A stretch of DNA of 5,108 nt from a virus (lineage: Duplodnaviria > Heunggongvirae > Uroviricota > Caudoviricetes), in the IMG/VR virus record IMGVR_UViG_2663762648_000011; one strand, written 5' to 3'. Positions 1 through 5,108 of the stretch are shown here, one piece after another. The notes under the pieces were generated by a model. That model was not told where the DNA came from. It searched no databases and saw nothing but the letters and a program-made list of their open reading frames with translations. A program made the position numbers and the translations under genes. Within the stretch, counting starts at the first letter, position 1. Each line of letters starts with the position of its first letter.

Positions 1-2
1 CC

Positions 3-1385
3 ATCACGTCGGCAAACATCGACCGTCTGCGCTTTACCTTCGGTGTGCAGGCACTGGTGGAAACCACCTCAAAGGGGGACCGGAATCCGTCGGAAGTCCG
101 TCTGCTGGTTCAGATACAGCGTAACGGTGGCTGGGTGACGGAAAAAGACATCACCATTAAGGGCAAAACCACCTCGCAGTATCTGGCCTCGGTGGTGGTG
201 GATAACCTGCCGCCGCGCCCGTTCAATATACGGATGCGCAGGATGACGCCGGACAGCACCACAGACCAGCTGCAGAACAAAACGCTCTGGTCGTCATACA
301 CCGAAATCATCGATGTGAAACAGTGCTACCCGAACACGGCACTGGTCGGCGTACAGGTGGATTCGGAGCAGTTCGGCAGCCAGCAGGTGAGCCGTAATTA
401 TCATCTGCGCGGGCGTATTCTGCAGGTGCCGTCGAATTATAACCCGCAGACGCGGCAATACAGCGGTATCTGGGACGGAACGTTAAAACCAGCATACAGC
501 AACAACATGGCCTGGTGTCTGTGGGATATGCTGACCCACCCGCGCTATGGCATGGGGAAACGTCTTGGTGCGGCAGATGTGGATAAATGGGCGCTGTATG
601 TCATCGGCCAGTACTGCGACCAGTCAGTGCCGGACGGCTTTGGCGGCACGGAGCCGCGCATCACCTGTAATGCGTACCTGACCACACAGCGCAAGGCGTG
701 GGATGTGCTCAGTGATTTCTGCTCGGCGATGCGCTGTATGCCGGTATGGAACGGGCAGACGCTGACGTTCGTGCAGGACCGACCGTCGGATAAGGTGTGG
801 ACCTATAACCGCAGTAATGTGGTGATGCCGGATGATGGCGCGCCGTTCCGCTACAGCTTCAGCGCCCTGAAAGACCGCCATAATGCCGTTGAGGTGAACT
901 GGATTGACCCGGATAACGGCTGGGAGACGGCGACAGAGCTTGTGGAGGATACGCAGGCCATTGTCCGTTACGGTCGTAACGTCACGAAGATGGATGCCTT
1001 TGGCTGTACCAGCCGGGGGCAGGCACACCGCGCCGGGCTGTGGCTGATTAAAACGGAACTGCTGGAGACGCAGACCGTGGATTTCAGCGTGGGTGCTGAA
1101 GGGCTTCGTCATGTACCGGGCGATGTCATTGAAATCTGCGATGATGACTATGCCGGTATCCGCACCGGCGGGCGCGTGCTGGCGGTGAACAGCCAGACCC
1201 GGACGCTGACGCTCGACCGTGAAATCACGCTGCCATCCTCCGGCACCACGCTGATAAGCCTGGTTGACGGGCAGGGGAATCCGGTCAGCGTGGAGGTCCA
1301 GTCCGTCACCGACGGCGTGAAGGTAAAAGTGAGCCGTGTTCCTGACGGTGTTGCTGAATACAGCGTGTGGGGGCTGAAGCTGTAG
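3..1385 (+). CDS. J: Phage tail tip / host-specificity protein J (lambda gpJ family), internal fragment A; 5' end lies upstream of the window; the TAG at 1383..1385 is an artefactual stop at the junction with an inverted fragment
   Basis: Frame 0 (codons start at 3, 6, ...) is open from the window start to 1382. Translation ITSANIDRLRFTFGVQALVETTSKGDRNPSEVRLLVQIQRNGGWVTEKDITIKGKTTSQY...MAWCLWDMLTHPRYGMGKRLGAADVDKWALYVIGQYCDQSVPDGFGGTEPRITCNAY...EYSVWGLKL matches my recollection of lambda J. The ORF track gives 45..1385 from an internal GTG. In the other copies (B, C, D) GLKL is followed by [16 protein letters not shown], so the stop here is not the natural end. Confidence 0.88.
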   Translation: MTSANIDRLRFTFGVQALVETTSKGDRNPSEVRLLVQIQRNGGWVTEKDITIKGKTTSQYLASVVVDNLPPRPFNIRMRRMTPDSTTDQLQNKTLWSSYTEIIDVKQCYPNTALVGVQVDSEQFGSQQVSRNYHLRGRILQVPSNYNPQTRQYSGIWDGTLKPAYSNNMAWCLWDMLTHPRYGMGKRLGAADVDKWALYVIGQYCDQSVPDGFGGTEPRITCNAYLTTQRKAWDVLSDFCSAMRCMPVWNGQTLTFVQDRPSDKVWTYNRSNVVMPDDGAPFRYSFSALKDRHNAVEVNWIDPDNGWETATELVEDTQAIVRYGRNVTKMDAFGCTSRGQAHRAGLWLIKTELLETQTVDFSVGAEGLRHVPGDVIEICDDDYAGIRTGGRVLAVNSQTRTLTLDREITLPSSGTTLISLVDGQGNPVSVEVQSVTDGVKVKVSRVPDGVAEYSVWGLKL

Positions 1386-1505
1386 CGGAACGGCGCGCCA
1401 TCATCCGGCATCACCACATTACTGCGGTTATAGGTCCACACCTTATCCGACGGTCGGTCCTGCACGAACGTCAGCGTCTGCCCGTTCCATACCGGCATAC
1501 AGCGC
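1383..1505 (-). repeat. 123-bp inverted duplicate of window positions 731..853 (an internal J segment in reverse orientation)
   Basis: The reverse complement of 1383..1505 is identical to 731..853 (gcgctgtatgccggtatggaacgggcagacgctgacg...gcgccgttccgcta). On the minus strand it encodes the J residues MPVWNGQTLTFVQDRPSDKVWTYNRSNVVMPDDGAPFRYS (seen in the minus ORF 1148..1498). It is bounded by the end of copy A and a single N at 1506. Confidence 0.9.
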
Positions 1506-1506
1506 N
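1506..1506. other. Single ambiguous base (N) at the junction between the inverted fragment and J segment B
   Basis: An n is present in the sequence; homology switches from rc(731..) to 918.. exactly here. Confidence 0.95.
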
Positions 1507-2556
<1,050 letters not shown>

Positions 2557-2648
2557 NNNNNNNNNNNNNNNNNNNNNNNNNNNNNNNNNNNNNNNNNNNN
2601 NNNNNNNNNNNNNNNNNNNNNNNNNNNNNNNNNNNNNNNNNNNNNNNN
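2557..2648. other. Assembly gap (92 N)
   Basis: Uninterrupted run of n. Flanking sequences are homologous J segments, so the true junction sequence is unknown. Confidence 0.97.
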
Positions 2649-3447
<799 letters not shown>

Positions 3448-3458
3448 NNNNNNNNNNN
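3448..3458. other. Assembly gap (11 N); reading frame changes across it
   Basis: Run of n. The J frame is frame 1 upstream and frame 0 downstream; the frame-1 ORF from the track terminates at 3480 just after the gap. Confidence 0.97.
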
Positions 3459-5108
3459 AACAGCCAGACCCGGACGCTGACGCTCGACCGTGAAATCACG
3501 CTGCCATCCTCCGGTACCATGCTGATAAGCCTGGTTGACGGAAGTGGCAATCCGGTCAGCGTGGAGGTTCAGTCCGTCACCGACGGCGTGAAGGTGAAAG
3601 TGAGCCGTGTTCCTGACGGCGTTGCTGAATACAGCGTGTGGGGGCTGAAGCTGCCGACGTTGCGCCAGCGCCTGTTCCGCTGTGTGAGTATCCGTGAGAA
3701 CGATGACGGCACGTATGCCATCACTGCCGTGCAGCATGTACCGGAAAAAGAAGCCATCGTGGATAACGGGGCGCACTTTGACGGCGACCAGAGCGGCACG
3801 GTGAATGGTGTCACGCCGCCAGCGGTGCAGCACCTGACTGCCGAAGTCACCGCAGACAGCGGGGAATATCAGGTGCTGGCGCGCTGGGACACGCCGAAGG
3901 TGGTGAAGGGGGTGAGCTTTATGCTTCGCCTGACCGTGGCAGCGGATGACGGCAGTGAGCGGCTGGTCAGCACGGCCCGGACGACGGAAACCACATACCG
4001 CTTCACGCAACTGGCGCTGGGACGGTACACGCTGACAGTCCGGGCGGTAAATGCCTGGGGACAGCAGGGCGATCCGGCGTCGGTATCGTTCAGGATTGCC
4101 GCACCGGTAGCACCGTCGCGGATTGAGCTGACGCCGGGCTATTTTCAGATAACTGCCACGCCGCATCTTGCGGTTTATGATCCGACGGTACAGTTTGAGT
4201 TCTGGTTCTCGGAAACGCGGATTACCGATATCAGGCAGGTTGAAACCACAGCCCGCTACCTTGGCGCGGGGCTGTACTGGATAGCCGCCAGTATCAATAT
4301 CAAACCGGGCCATGATTATTACTTTTATATCCGCAGTGTGAACACCGTTGGCAAATCGGCATTCGTGGAGGCCGTCGGTCGGGCGAGCGATGATGCGGAA
4401 GGTTACCTGGATTTTTTCAAAGGCAAGATAACCGAATCCCATCTCGGTAAAGAGCTGCTGGAAAAAGTTGATCTGACGGAGGATAACGCCAGCAGACTGG
4501 ATGAGTTTTCGAAAGAGTGGAAGGACGCTAACGATAAATGGAATGCGATGTGGGGCGTCAAAATTGAGCAGACCAAAGACGGCAAACATTATGTCGCGGG
4601 TATTGGCCTCAGCATGGAGGACACGGAGGAAGGCAAGCTGAGCCAGTTTCTGGTTGCCGCCAATCGTATCGCGTTTATTGACCCGGCAAACGGGAATGAA
4701 ACGCCGATGTTTGTGGCGCAGGGCAACCAGATATTCATGAACGACGTGTTCCTGAAGCGCCTGACAGCCCCCGCCATTACCAGCGGTGGCAGTCCTCCGG
4801 TATTTTCCCTGACATCAGACGGAAAGCTGACCGCTAAAAATGCGGATATCAGTGGTAGTGTGAATGCGAACTCAGGAACGCTCAACAATGTCACGATTAA
4901 CCAGAACTGTACGATTAAGGGCATGCTGGAGGCGACCCAGGTCAGAGGGGATTTCGTTAAAGCTGTATCAAAAGCCTTCCCGAAAAAAGTCGGTACGTGG
5001 GGTAACACGGAAACACCAGACGGTACGGTTACAGTCACCATCAGCGATGATCATAACTTTGACCGCCAGATTATTATTCCGCCCATTATTTTTAACGGTA
5101 TAGCGTAT
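3459..5108 (+). CDS. J: Host-specificity protein J, fragment D (third allele); covers the fibronectin-III-like module and the distal part of the protein; 3' end lies beyond the window
   Basis: Frame 0 is open for all 550 codons from 3459 to the window end (translated by hand, no stop). It is absent from the ORF track only because no stop lies in the window. Translation [38 protein letters not shown]...[229 protein letters not shown]... matches the distal half of lambda J as I remember it. Confidence 0.88.

Noticed and set aside
4864-5103. 79-aa + strand ORF in frame 1 inside segment D
   Set aside because: It overlaps the open J frame (frame 0) out of phase and has no independent support.

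Overview
The whole window is coding sequence from one gene family: the lambdoid phage central tail fibre / host-specificity protein J (lambda gpJ-like), read on the + strand. I recognise it from memory of the lambda J protein (motifs such as [90 protein letters not shown]); no search was run. The window is not a contiguous natural locus. It is four J segments (A 3..1382, B 1507..2556, C 2649..3447, D 3459..5108) separated by N runs (1506; 2557..2648; 3448..3458) plus a 123-bp inverted copy of 731..853 at 1383..1505. B and C are in exact register 891 bp apart, with an identical 3' portion and ~4-5% divergent 5' portions; D is a third allele. The most economical reading is a scaffolded or mis-joined draft assembly of several paralogous prophage J genes, typical of enterobacterial genomes with multiple lambdoid prophages. 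A real intragenic tandem duplication cannot be excluded from sequence alone. I see no evidence of a novel defence or other undescribed system, and no promoters, terminators, RNA genes, CRISPR or mobile-element genes. All minus-strand ORFs are antisense shadows of J. The most biologically interesting points are the mosaic allelic structure and the divergent C-terminal (receptor-recognition) end of segment D.
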